Shown in pieces: positions 12,706-24,751 of a stretch of DNA of 64,000 nucleotides. Location: the NCBI GenBank assembly GCA_002269645.1, contig NIVC01000266.1:62001-126000 (forward strand), written 5' to 3'. Numbering within the stretch: position 1 is the first letter of the stretch; each line of letters starts with the position of its first letter. The notes beneath the pieces are model-generated. The model had not been told where the DNA came from. It made no database searches and saw nothing but the letters and a program-made list of their open reading frames with translations. The stretch comes from Macrostomum lignano. Taxonomy: Eukaryota. The position numbers and the translations under genes are program-made.

Positions 12706-14229
12706 ATGGCCACTAACGCCACCATCTCTAAAGAAACTGACCCGGTCGCCTCTGGCCCACCGGGATCAGCCGCTCCGGTAGCTACCACTGGTAGCACCAA
12801 CGCCCAACTGGTCCAACCGGGCCAGCTGACGCTGCCGCGAGCACCCTGGCCGCCAGTCTAGCCGACCGCGCACGGCCGAGTCTCGACGACAGCGAAACAT
12901 CCGCCGCAACCGTAAGCGGCAGGAGAAGCGGGCTGCTACTGCGTCTGAGGAGGGCGGGCAAGCCACGGTGAGGCCTTCGGGAGCCACCGCAGCGGGGAGG
13001 CCTCTGGGGAGTCCGGTGGCGCGGCTGGGCCGTCAGGAACCGCCGTGTCCTCGGGCTCTCAGGGGGGCAACCCTGCCGGCCTACCGCCTTCCAAGGACAA
13101 AGCGGCCCCGCTCAAGACCTCCGAGTCCTACGCCTCCAAGGTCAAGCAGCCGCTGCAACCCGCCGTGATGATCCTCGGCGGGGATTTCGACCTGACGCCC
13201 GAGCAGCTCGACGTCGCGTGGCGTACCATCGACGAGGGCTTGCTCAATCTAACCCTGGAGGGCGTCTTCGTGGACATCGTCAAGTCCACCAAGGCGAACG
13301 GGTGCATCCTACTGTGGTGTAAATCCGAGGAAAGCACCCAGCTCCTGCGGGATCAGCTGCCAAGTTCGACTGGCCACAGCGACCTGGGCCAGCTGACCTT
13401 CGCCTTGGAGAGCGAGCGGCCGAAGACCATCCGCCATCGGATTTGGGTCCCGGCCGACAGTGCAATCAAGTCCGGGGAGCAGCTGCGGCAGCTCCTGCTC
13501 AAGCGGCACCCGGATCTCGACGCCAGTGTCTTGTGTACCACAGCACGGTCCGCAAGGGCACGACCGGGGCCACAGTCATCCTCGGCCTGACGGAGGGATG
13601 GGCCAAGCGGCTACCGCACGGCACAAACCTCCACCTTGGTCTCCATCAACTGACCATCCTCCGCTGTGAGGAGGGCAGGGTGGAGACCAAGAAAGACGGG
13701 AAGCGCGCCGCTCCCGGAGCTGGGGCTCATGCCCCGCCGGCCAAGCGGCAGCAGCAACCCGATCCCGAGCCTAACAAGGCTATTCGCGCTGCTGAGTCCG
13801 CCTCGCGCGGACGTAGACCCGCCCGCAGTAACCGGCGGTCCGGTCTAATCCAGCGCGCACTTGACGAAGCTCAGTCTCTGAGACTTCACCTCGAGCAGAC
13901 TCGTGTCGCTCGCAAAGACACTGAAAGCCAGCCGAGGGAACTGGACGACGGCACGGCTCAGCCTTCCAACTGGTGGGATTACCACCAGGAGGACGCTGCC
14001 GGCCGAGCTCAGACTCCCGACGGCGGGGCGCAAGGCGAAGGCAGCAGCCGTACCCAGTCGCTGGGAGGAGGAGGGCGGTGTAGCGCGGCTAGGTGACTCA
14101 CCTGCCGTGGGCGCCGTGTCCGCCTCCGCGGCGGCTGGGGAGGCGGCTGAGCCTGAGCCAATGGAAATTGGCGACTCAACTCTCACCGATGAGGCTGAGA
14201 ATGAGTTGCTTTTCTCCTCCCCTGGACAG
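12706..14229 (+). CDS. LINE ORF1 (DUF4780-like nucleic-acid-binding protein), several frameshifts
   Basis: Frame pieces (12968, 13045, 13443, 13903) join into a protein sharing YAxxV, LLxxxPDL and GxxxxW motifs with the 56370 ORF1. The natural stop TAG is displaced to 16843 by the LTR insertion. Confidence 0.7.
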
Positions 14230-14434
14230 TGTTGTGGGTGCGCGACCATACGTACTTAACTCTGTGTTCAGTTTGCGGCCCGTCGGGCACGTTGATTTGC
14301 GAAACGTGTTACGCAATAATCTAACATCCAATTTTTCTCACAGCGTGCATGTTAATATATAAATACAGACCGTGGTCCGGCGAGACTCACTAAGTTTTTT
14401 CTAGCAACCAAACCTACGCGTTCAATACACAACA
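14230..14434 (+). repeat. 5' LTR
   Basis: TGTTG...CAACA; contains TATAAATA; identical to the 3' LTR. Confidence 0.95.
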
Positions 14435-14446
14435 TTGGCGACGAAG

Positions 14447-16572
14447 ATGGCAGACCTCAGTCTCAACCCACCAACGCCGTACCTGGCTAGCCCGGGCGAG
14501 CCAAGCTGCCCGTGGCCAAGGTGGAAAAGTCAGTTCGCGATCTATTCAACAGCAACGGAACTGGACAAAATGTCGGAGGCGAGACAAATGGCCGTCCTTC
14601 GACACTGCCTCGGGCCGGAAGGCCAAAGGCAGGCGGAAAGCGTGGAGGCGAACGACATGAAGAAGCTGCTCGAAGAACTGGACAAAATTTTCGTGCGAAC
14701 AAGAGCGTCATCGGAGCTCGCTACAGGTTTCGGTGCAGGGAGCAGCGACCAGGGGAGCCGGTGCAGCAGTTCGTCAGAGATCTGCAGCAGCTCGCGGCCG
14801 ATTGCGCGTTCAAGGACCTGACGAAGGAAATGGTCCGCGATCAGCTTATCGAGAAAACGTGCATGCCACGTATCCGTGAGAGGCTGCTGATGGAACCAGA
14901 CGACCTGACACTGGAGAAGTCCCTGCAGCTCGCCAACCAAATCGAGACAGCCATCAACGAAGCCAAGGTCCTCAACGGCACATCAGGGGCGTCTCAAAAG
15001 ACAGTGCACGCCGTCTCAAAGCAGAAAGTCAGAGCCAAGCCCAAAACGCGCAAGGACAGCGAGAAGTGCAGGCGATGCGGCGGCGACTACAGCAAGGAGC
15101 ACAAGTGCCCAGCAATTGGAAAAAAGTGCAACAACTGCAATAAGCCGAACCACTTTGCCGCTGTATGCCGAAGCAACACGGTGGCGACTGTCGGTGAAGA
15201 GGTGAGCACCATTCTGCAAGTCGCGAACCAGGATTCGACTGCCGCCCACACCATCGAATGCGCGGTCCACGACGAGCTGCTGACGCTGACGCTGGACAGC
15301 GGTGCCTCCGTGTCGGTGATCAGCGCGTCCGACTTCCAGAGAGTTCGACGACACGCAACCAAGGGAAGCGGACCACCAGCACGGCTTGTGGCCTACGGAG
15401 GCTCGCACATTCGGACCTATGGGACAGCGACGCTCCCGGTCATGTACAAGGACAAGACGGCCTCGGTCTGTTTCCAGATCACAGAGGGCAGCTCAAGCCT
15501 TCTTGGGCGCTCCGACTTCTCGAAGTTTGGCGTGTCTCTTCAAATTAACCATCTCGGTGACGAGGGCTCACAACTTCAGGACAACTCCAAGGACTTCTTC
15601 GAGCCGATCAGGCAACAGCCGAGCACGCCAGCAGGAGCCTGGCAGGAGCTGCAGCTCGACATCTGCGGAGAGTTCAGAGCGGCGCCGCGTCACCAGCGAT
15701 TCGCGATCGTGCTCATCGATCAATTCAGCCGATGGCCAGAAGTCGCGCTCGTAGAATTGGTCACAACCAAGGTAGTCGTCGACTTCCTCGAGGTCATCTG
15801 GTCGAGGTGGGGCATCCCGAAGAGCATCACAACCGACAATGGACCCCAGTTCGGCCGAGAGTTCGACGAGTACCTTGCGAGCCTGGCGATCGAACACAAG
15901 CGAACGGCGGTGTACTGCCCAGAACAAAACGGCAACGTCGAACGGTTCAACCGCACTCTCGGCGAGGGCGTGACAGCGCACTTGGTCACCGGGTGGAGCT
16001 TCTGCAAGGCCGTCCGAGCTGTCGTCGCGGCCTATAGGGCGACCCCAACGCACGTCACGGGTTCGAGTCCACACGAGCTCATGACTGGCCGACCAATGCG
16101 CACCCCGCTGCTCGCACTCCAACCGGACTCGGAAGCCAAGCGGCCGACGTCGGCTCATGACCGGGTCGCCACGGCAAAGCAGCGAGCAAAGAGCGACACC
16201 GACCGTCGGCGGCATGCATCGGCGACGCGGACCGCGGTCATCCAAGACGGCTCCTGGGTGCACATCTCCAAGCCGGTGGCACCTGGCAAGCTGGAGCCGA
16301 AGCTCGCTGGGCCGTTCCGGGTTCGCAAGCGATTCAAGACAACTGTGCTGCTCGAAAACGGCAAGCGGTGGCACCTGCGGCGCTGCGTGCCGGCCGGACC
16401 TGGCAAAGGAAGCGACGACGACGGCGACGCGCAGCTCGACGAAGGTGGCGGCGGCCCGGAGCTGGATCCGCCACGACCGCCTGATGATCTCGCTGGGGAC
16501 CCGCCGGCACCCCCGCCGGTGCTGAGAAGGTCAGAGCGCGAGCGTCGCCCGCCAATGCGCTACCCGAACTGA
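14447..16572 (+). CDS. Gag-protease-integrase polyprotein (one frameshift near 14692)
   Basis: Gag (WPRWKSQF, RYRFRCREQ, MVRDQL), two Cys/His knuckle motifs, aspartic protease LDSGAS, then directly the integrase core (LDIC, TDNGPQF, NGNVERFNRTL). No YxDD or RNase H between them. Confidence 0.88.
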
Positions 16573-16632
16573 ACCGTCTATGATGCACTGAACTGACATG
16601 CGATTACTTAGGGGAATCTCATGTGGGGAGGA

Positions 16633-16837
16633 TGTTGTGGGTGCGCGACCATACGTACTTAACTCTGTGTTCAGTTTGCGGCCCGTCGGGCACGTTGATT
16701 TGCGAAACGTGTTACGCAATAATCTAACATCCAATTTTTCTCACAGCGTGCATGTTAATATATAAATACAGACCGTGGTCCGGCGAGACTCACTAAGTTT
16801 TTTCTAGCAACCAAACCTACGCGTTCAATACACAACA
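16633..16837 (+). repeat. 3' LTR
   Basis: Identical copy of 14230-14434, followed by TSD GACAG. Confidence 0.95.
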
Positions 16838-16847
16838 GACAGTAGAC

Positions 16848-19800
16848 ATGACTGTCTCCCAGGGCATCCATTGCTTGCAGGTCAACCTGCAGCACAGCAT
16901 TGCTGCTTCAGTCAACCTCTTGAAGCACACTGACCAATACGCGCCAGGGATTATCCTTATCCAGGAACCTTGGACGCTTAGGGGCAGGCCCCAACATGTC
17001 CCCACCGGCTACCAGTGTTTAACCGCTGGTACCCGGGAGGGAAACCTGGCACCAAGATCCTGCATCATGGTGTCCAGTTCTATTAACGCATGGCTCAGAT
17101 CAGACCTGTCCACCAGGGACATCTGTGTCATCCAGTCTGAAGACATACTCCCTGGGAGGACTACCCTCATCGCCTCGGTTTACCTACCGGGCGACGGCGA
17201 GATGATCCCAGTAGAGCTTTCACACTGGTCGAGCTCTGCTCCACCAGAAACTATGAGCTGCTCGTGGCAGGTGACATCAATGCCCACCACACCCACTGGG
17301 GCAGTTCTGATATAAACCAGAGAGGTGAAGACTTCCTGGCTTATATTGCTACTACAACCCTTGAGTTCTGTAACTCGGGTAGTACCCCTACCTTCAATAA
17401 CGGACGCCGATCGGAGGTGCTGGATGCCACCCTCGCCACGCCCAGGCTCTTCCGGAGCACTAGGGAGTGGCGGGTGCTTCCTGAGGCGTCCCTCTCCGAT
17501 CACAAGTTCATCTCTTTCACGCTGGCCAGCGCCCGTAACGCAGGCCAGCTTTACTGGAAACGAAATGCTAGGAATACTGACTGGACCGCCTTCAGGCTTG
17601 CCCTGGAGGAGACCTATCGTTGCACTAGCACTCCAGTCTCCATCAACACCTGCGAAGAAGCAGACGAATTTGCGGCCGCACTTACGGACTCGCTCACTGC
17701 TGCCTTCGAAGCCTCATGCCCACTAAAGGCATACAAAGGCAAACAGTCGGCCCCATGGTGGAACCCGCAGCTTGGCGACCTCCGTCGCAGAGCCAAAAGG
17801 CTTCACCGCAGGGCCCAAAAAACTAAAAACCCGGCCGACCAAACCGCCTACCTGAACTCTATCCACGAGTTCAAGAGGCAGGTTAGGAACGCCAAAACCA
17901 ACAAGTGGCGCGAATACTGTGAGGAACTTGAGGGCTCCCGCCCCACCTCCAGAATCGTTAAAGCCTTCACCCTGGACAAAATGTCCAAACTCTCCTCAGT
18001 CAAGAGAGCCGACGGCTCGCTCACTGAGAACCCAGGAGAAACACTGGAAGCGATGCTAACAGCGTTTTTCCCGAACGAGCCAGCCAGGCCGGACCCCCCT
18101 GATCACTCAGTGGGCGGACACGTACTGGCTGACTCAATCATCACGGAGGACCGCGTTACTAAAGCTGTCTCCTCCTTCAAACCCTTCAAATCCCCAGGAC
18201 CGGACGGCGTTGTGCCAGCCTTCCTGCGGGAGGCGGTGAAATGCACCGGTTTCCTGCGGAACCTTTGCCGGCTTCTGAAAGCTTGCATTGTTCTCGGCTT
18301 TGTTCCGAAACCCTGGACCGAGGCCAAGGTGGTCTTTATCCCCAAGCCTGGCCGACCGGACTACCGGTCCATTAAATCCTTCAGACCAATTAGCCTCACC
18401 TCCTCATTGGTGAAGCTGTTAGAGAGACTGGTGCTCTGGCGCCTCCTCTCTGTGGAACTGAAGAACAAGCCGCTCAGTGAGAACCAGCATGCCTTTCGGG
18501 CAGGCAGGTCCACGGAGAGCGCGCTTCACGTTCTGGTTGACATGCTGGAGAAAGCCGTTCTTGGTAATGGCTACGCTCTCGCTGTCTTCCTCGACATTGT
18601 TGGAGCCTTTGATAATGTCCTCTTTGAGGCTTTTGACAGAGCTCTACGTGCTAGAGGAACCCACTCGCACCTCACCCGGTGGATCATGTATATGATCAGC
18701 CACCGTACTGCCACCGCACACCTGTTGGGCCACCAACGGACGGTAACCGTCTGCAAAGGCAGCCCCCAGGGCGGTGTCCTCTCTCCAGTTCTCTGGAACA
18801 TGGTCATCGATGAGCTCCTCCAGGACAGCCATCTTGACCCCATCCTCAAGGTCGGTTACGCCGATGATGTCACAGCCGTGGCATCCGGACCGTCACCTGA
18901 AACCCTTAGAGATCTTTTGCAAAACTTCATTCGCTCTGCTGAACGTTGGGCGGACAGGTGCGGCCTCAGGCTCTCCGAGACCAAAACTGTCGCGATCATG
19001 TTCACCAGCAGGGTAAACTGGCGTATTCGCCCACTAAAGCTTTACGGGGTGGAAATTCCATCCTGCAAGCAAACCAAGTGTCTCGGCGTTACGCTGGACC
19101 ACCGGCTGAGCTGGTCCACCCACGTCCAGGCCAAAACCAAAAAAGCCCTCGCGATTCTTGCGCAGCTGCGCAGAGCCGTCGGCACCACCTGGGGCCTCAC
19201 CCCAAAGCGGCTCTGGTGGATCTATACCGCAATGGTCCGACCGGCCGTTACTTACGCCGGCCTGGTCTGGACCAGCGCCTTGCAGATTAAAACCTGCCAC
19301 GAAGCCCTCAAAAAGGTGCAGGGACGTGCGTGCCGCATGATCCTGAATGCCCCGCTCTCTGCTCCCTTTGACGGCCTCAACGCCTTTCTTTGCCTCCCGC
19401 CTCTGGACATCTTTGTCCGTCGCGAGGCTGCTAAAACCACCCGCCGGCTCATCGAGGCTGGCGCTAGCTTCAAGCCACAAAGAGCGATGGCGAAGCGCAA
19501 GCTCCTGCCGCACTCTGACCTGTGCCTTAAAGTTCTGGAGGAGAGTGGGAGTGCGGCTGTCCTTTCGGACGCTGAACCGCGCTCCCTCAATCTCTACCAA
19601 CGCTTCAAGGTCACTATCCCCTCCAGGGAGAACGCCAACGACAGCTGGGCCCCTCAGGAGGTTCACTGCTTCACTGACGGATCCTCCAAAGACGGTTTAT
19701 CCGGCTTTGGAGTCTGCATCCTTATCAACGGCCGCGTGATTGCTACTCACGCCCAACACACTGGCAGACTCTCCAGCGTCTTCCAGAATGAAGTCCTTGC

Positions 19801-20551
19801 CATCAGCTCCTGTGCAGCTGAGCTCCACTGCAAGGACTTCAAGGACAGAAGAATCTTCTTCCACTCTGACAGCCAGGCCGCTTTACAGGCCCTGTGTCAC
19901 ACCACTACGAACTCCCGAACAGTCCGCGACTGTATCGGGCAGCTCAACAAGCTGGCTCGGAGGAACACCGTCCGGCTCACGTGGATCCCAGGACACGCCG
20001 GCTTCAAAGGTAACGAGCTCGCCGACTCCCTTGCTAAGGCGGGCTGTTCCGGCTCGCCCCTTGGCCCCGTGCCCCTGGCCCCCATCCCCGCCACAGTCAT
20101 TAATCGTCAGATTAACGACTGGGCGGACATCCTGCACTTGCGCAGATGGGATGGCATCTCCAACTGCCGCCAATCTCGTGCGGCAGTGCCCAATCCGTCC
20201 CTCAAGCTGCGGAGAATCCTTTTGAATCAAAATCGAAAAGATATCCGCGCTCTCACTATGACCTTCACAGGTCACGGTTGCTTTGCCAGGCACTGCTTCC
20301 TCCGATGTATTCGCCGGAGTGAACTCTGCCCTTTCTGCAACCTCGAGAACGAAGACGCCAAGCACTTCGTCTGCTACTGCCCGGCCTTCAACCGAGACCG
20401 GCTCAACCACCTCGGGCCCAACCCGTCCCTGGACGACGTTTGCCGGCCCGAGAACATCCCACGGCTCATCCGGTTCCTCCGGGCCACCAAGCGAGCCTCC
20501 GTCTTCCCCACCGAAGACAACGCTGCAGACAGGACCGGCAGACCTCCCTGA
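16848..20551 (+). CDS. LINE ORF2: AP endonuclease - reverse transcriptase - RNase H - CCHC (frameshift near 17222)
   Basis: APE (QVNLQH, IQEPW, GDINAHH, SDH), RT (SPGPDG, FRPISL, PQGGVLSP, YADD), RNase H (CFTDGS, SDSQAAL, GHAG..GNELAD), C-terminal CPFC...H...C. Confidence 0.93.
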
Positions 20552-20903
20552 CCGGCCCCGCGCCCTAGCCTTTGCGGGTCTTTCAGGGATTAGCGGAATG
20601 GGCGACGCTCGCCTCCCCGCTGCGTCTTCGGACCGCCCTGCAGCTAAGTCAAGTAAGTCAAGGGAGAGAGGAAGAGAGAGAGGAAGAGAGAGTGGGAGAG
20701 AGGAAGGGAGAGAGGGAGAGACAATGAAAAGCAGGGCACATCGGTAGCATCATCGCACAAAATCTCAATTACAGTAAGCAAGTCAACAGAACAATACACA
20801 TGTATTTGAAAAAAATTCAAAGTAAAACTGTAAAAAGGTCATCAGGAACTTTCACTACAGCAGCCAATATCGCACACGCATCCAGTGAATGCTAAATGTT
20901 GAT

Positions 20904-21383
20904 TCAAGAAGCCCCAGACTCGGTGGCGCCAGCTCCGCTGCTCTCAAATCGCCACTCAATTCCGGGCGCGAACTCGCGGACACCATCGACATAGTCGGCC
21001 AGCCAGTCGAATCCTGACTGCAGCTTCACGGCGCTCTGCGAGGCCAACTCGAAGTCCAGGCCGCTGCTCAGGTCGGCCTCGTCTCCGTCCACCTCCACGG
21101 CGGCCAGCAGGCAGTGGTCCAGCTCGCAGATCAGCCGGCTCTGCCGCCAGTCGATTCTCCAGCTGATGGCCGAATGGATCGCGGCCGACAGGCAGGCGAA
21201 CAGCGCCGGAGGCGTCGGGCGTCCAGCCGGACAGGCGCGCAGGCTGGCCCGGCCGGTCTGCGGACAGCCGGCCGAGACGGAGCGCCAGGTGGCAGCGAAG
21301 TCGTCCTCGGAGTCCGGCAGCGGCTCGGGCATCAGGTGCGGCACGGTGAGCACCGGGCGGCTGTGCAGACCCGGCTGGGGCAC
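20904..21383 (-). CDS. ROCO (LRR-ROC-COR, MFHAS1-like) exon 5, last exon
   Basis: Acceptor CTCTCTCAG|GTG at 21383, phase 0; 480 nt to TGA at 20904. Confidence 0.75.
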   Translation of the reverse strand: MPQPGLHSRPVLTVPHLMPEPLPDSEDDFAATWRSVSAGCPQTGRASLRACPAGRPTPPALFACLSAAIHSAISWRIDWRQSRLICELDHCLLAAVEVDGDEADLSSGLDFELASQSAVKLQSGFDWLADYVDGVREFAPGIEWRFESSGAGATESGAS

Positions 21384-21419
21384 CTGAGAGAGCGGCAGAG
21401 GTGAGAGGTGACTACTTGC

Positions 21420-21920
21420 CTTCTGGGATATTAATTCCTGAGACTGTAAGGTGTCATTTGGGATAAACTTCCCATCAGTGTCATTGGGATAAAGTTCCCC
21501 TTTTAGTATCAATTGGCATAAAATTTTCCCTTAGTGTCGTTTGGGATAAAATTCCCCATTAGCATCGTTTGGGATAAAAATTCCCTTTAGTGTTATTTGG
21601 GATCAAATTCCCCATTAGTGTTATTTGGGATCAAATTCCCCATTAGTGTCATTTGGGATCAAATTCCCCATTAGTGTCATTTGGGATCAAATTCCCCATT
21701 AGTGTCATTTGGGATCAAATTCCCCATTAGTGTCATTTGGGATCAAATTACACATTAGTGTCTTTTATGATAAAATTTTCCATTGGTGTCATTTGAATAA
21801 AATCCCCCCTTTAGAGTCATTCGGGATAAAATTACCCATTAGTATCATTTGGGAAAAATTTCCCCGTTAGCATCGTTTGGGATAAAATTCCCATGAGTAT
21901 CATTTGGAATAAACTTCTTC
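21420..21920. repeat. Intronic ~28-bp minisatellite (GGGATCAAATTCCCCATTAGTGTCATTT)
   Basis: Tandem array, degenerate at its edges, in ROCO intron 4. Confidence 0.88.
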
Positions 21921-21988
21921 ATTTGTGTTATTGCGGATAAAACTCCCCAACCGCCAAAATGGGGATAAATCTCCATAACGCCGCCCAC

Positions 21989-23167
21989 CTGAGGCGGCAT
22001 GGTGCAGCAGGCGAGCTCCAGCAGCTCCAGGCAGTGCAGCGCCTCGACCAGCGCCTGCCGCTGACCACCACGGCCGAAGGCGAGGCAGCGCACCAGCGGC
22101 CAGGACAGCTGGCCGCGGCTCAAGGCCGCCTCGCGAGCCTCCTCGTACTCGGCGGCGGACATCCGGCCGCAGGCGCGGAACAGGGCGTTCTCGTTGTAGT
22201 CGACAAGAAAGTCGGCCAGGCTGACCGGCAGCAGGCGGCCGAGAAAGTCGGCCAGCTTGTCCAGCCGGTGGAGCACGAAGTTCCTCAGGCGGCGGTGCCG
22301 CCGCAGCCACAGCAGCTGGCCGCTCTCGTGGTAGAACTCCAGACAGTCGATCAGCTGAGCATCCCGGATGTTCCGCTGGTCGGCGAACTCGACCAACCAA
22401 TCCCATTCGATGTAAAGCCCGTCCTGCTGCTTCACCTGCTCCATGAAAGGCTGCCAGTTGGTGGGCACGTACTTCTGCAGGTGCGGCATGGCCTCCCTGT
22501 TGGTGCTCAGCCGCTCCAGATCGTCACGAAGTGTCAGAAGGTCCGGCTGAGCCGGCGGGCCCACCGCCGACACCAGGTGGATCCGGGGCTGAAGCCGCAG
22601 CTCGGGATTCGAGTCCGCTCGAAGCTGCTCGAGGCACCGCGCCAGATCCTCGTCCAGGCTGTCCCGAAGGCGCTGCACCGCGGCCTCGGCCGTCGACTCC
22701 GCAGCCAGAGCCGCCTCGACTTCGGAGACTTCGGCCAGAATCTCGTCCGCGGAGGTCTCCGTTGTCATGGAGATGGTATCCAACTTAGTGCCGATCAGTT
22801 GCACCCGAGCTCCGGGCAGGTGGGCGGCCAGCAGCCGCAGCCACCGGCTGACCACATCGAACCCGAGCTGCTGATACTCGGCGATGTCGAAGACAACGCA
22901 GTGAAGCGCCTTCGGGTCCAGCAGCTTCGCCAGCAGAGGCGCGTAGATCGGGTGACCGCCGGCCTCCAGCAGCACGAACGGGCAGCGGTTCTCGGAGCGC
23001 CAGGAGCTCAGCTGGAAGCCGCGGGTCAGCCCTGACCCGTCCGACTTTGTCGGTGCCGCGTGTCCGAGACGGAGAAGGCGGGCCAGGGAGGTCTTGCCGC
23101 TGCCCAAGTCACCAAGGAACACCAGCTTGCAGGGGCGAAGCTTTGGGGCGTTCTGGATAGCCATGCG
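21989..23167 (-). CDS. ROCO exon 4: ROC GTPase plus COR domain
   Basis: P-loop GDLGSGKT, G3-like LEAGG, G4 GTKLD, G5 VSA, then COR-like W/YHESGQLLW. Acceptor CCGCAG|CGC and donor CAG|GTGGGC; 1179 nt, phase 0/0. Confidence 0.9.
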
Positions 23168-23299
23168 CTGCGGGGACAGAGGGGTTCAGTGTGAAGGCTT
23201 GGAGCTGGTACGTCCTAGGGTTCAGCAAGTCCTTCATGTACTTCTCCTCAAGTCACCGTCCATTCAGCCCCTTCTGTCTGCCTATATCATTCTCCTCTC

Positions 23300-24672
23300 T
23301 CCCCTCTCTACTTCTCACTAAACACTTGTCTCCCCTCTCTACTTCTCACTAAACACTTGTCTCCCCTCTTTACTTCTCACTAATCACCTGTCTCCCCTCT
23401 ACTTCTCACTAATCATCTGTCTCCCCTCTCTACTTCTCACTAATCCCCTGTCTCCACTCTACTTCTCACTAATCATCTGTTTCCCCTCTACTTCTCACTA
23501 ATCATCTGTCTCCCCTCTCTACTTCTCACTAATCATCTGTCTCCCCTCTCTACTTCTCACTAATCCCCTGTCTCCACTCTACTTCTCACTAATCATCTGT
23601 CTCCCCTCTACTTCTCACTAATCCCTGTCTCCCCTCTACTTCTCACTAATCCCCTGTCTCTCCTCTACTTCTCACTAATCATCTGTCTCCCCTCTCTACT
23701 TCTCACTAATCATCTGTCTCCCCTCTCTACTTCTCACTAATCCCCTGTCTCCCCTCTACTTCTCACTAATCATCTGTCTCCCCTCTACTTCTCACTAATC
23801 CCCTGTCTCTCCTCTACTTCTCACTAATCCCCTGTCTCTCCTCTACTTCTCACTAATCATCTGTCTCCCCTCTCTACTTCTCACTAATCCCCTGTCTCCC
23901 CTCTACTTCTCACTAATCATCTGTCTCCCCTCTACTTCTCACTAATCACCTGTTTCCCCTCTACTTCTCACTAATCATCTGTCTCCCCTCTCTACTTCTC
24001 ACTAATCATCTGTCTCCCCTCTCTACTTCTCACTAATCCCCTGTCTCCACTCTACTTCTCACTAATCATCTGTCTCCCCTCTACTTCTCACTAATCCCCT
24101 GTCTCCCCTCTACTTCTCACTAATCCCCTGTCTCTCCTCTACTTCTCACTAATCATCTGTCTCCCCTCTCTACTTCTCACTAATCATCTGTCTCCCCTCT
24201 CTACTTCTCACTAATCCCCTGTCTCCCTCTACTTCTCACTAATCATCTGTCTCCCTCTACTTCTCACTAATCCCTGTCTCTCCTCTACTTCTCACTAATC
24301 CCCTGTCTCTCCTCTACTTCTCACTAATCATCTGTCTCCCCTCTCTACTTCTCACTAATCCCCTGTCTCCCCTCTACTTCTCACTAATCATCTGTCTCCC
24401 CTCTACTTCTCACTAATCACCTGTTTCCCCTCTACTTCTCACTAATCATCTGTCTCCCCTCTCTACTTCTCACTAATCCCTTGTCTCCCCTCTACTTCTC
24501 ACTAATCACCTGTCTCCCCTCTACTTCTCACTAATCACCTGTCTCCCCTCTACTTCTCACTAATCATCTGTCTCCCCTCTCTACTTCTCACTAATCCCCT
24601 GTCTCCCCTCTACTTCTCACTAATCCCCTGTTTCTCCTCTACTTCTCACTAATCATCTGTCTCCCCTCTACT
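23300..24672. repeat. Intronic 29-31-bp minisatellite (CTACTTCTCACTAATCATCTGTCTCCCCT)
   Basis: Tandem array in ROCO intron 3. Confidence 0.95.
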
Positions 24673-24751
24673 ATCAATTTAATATAATTTCAATTTTAGA
24701 ACGTTAATTTATCAATAAATATTAGTGCCAATAAGTATCTGACCAACTCAC

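Larger units (their letters stand above)
14230..16837 (+). mobile_element. Ty3/Gypsy LTR retrotransposon, internally deleted (Gag-PR-IN, no RT/RNase H), 2608 bp
   Basis: 205-bp TG...CA LTRs at 14230-14434 and 16633-16837, identical by eye; 5-bp TSD GACAG (14225-29, 16838-42); PBS-like TGGCGACGAAG at 14436; purine tract before the 3' LTR. Confidence 0.95.
12213..20661 (+). mobile_element. Full-length non-LTR retrotransposon, LOA/R1-like (I group with RNase H), interrupted by an LTR element
   Basis: ORF1 plus APE-RT-RNase H-CCHC ORF2; tail (TAAGTCAAG)2; 13-bp TSD GGGAGAGAGGAAG at 12200-12212 and 20662-20674 (low-complexity caveat). Clade assignment is from domain order and remembered motifs. 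Confidence 0.9.

Noticed and set aside
14230-20551. Idea that the LINE RT complements the RT-less Gypsy as one autonomous hybrid element
   Set aside because: The TSD and both LTRs close the Gypsy unit before ORF2, and LINE RTs use target-primed rather than tRNA-primed strand-transfer replication. Only the weaker promoter-capture hypothesis is kept.
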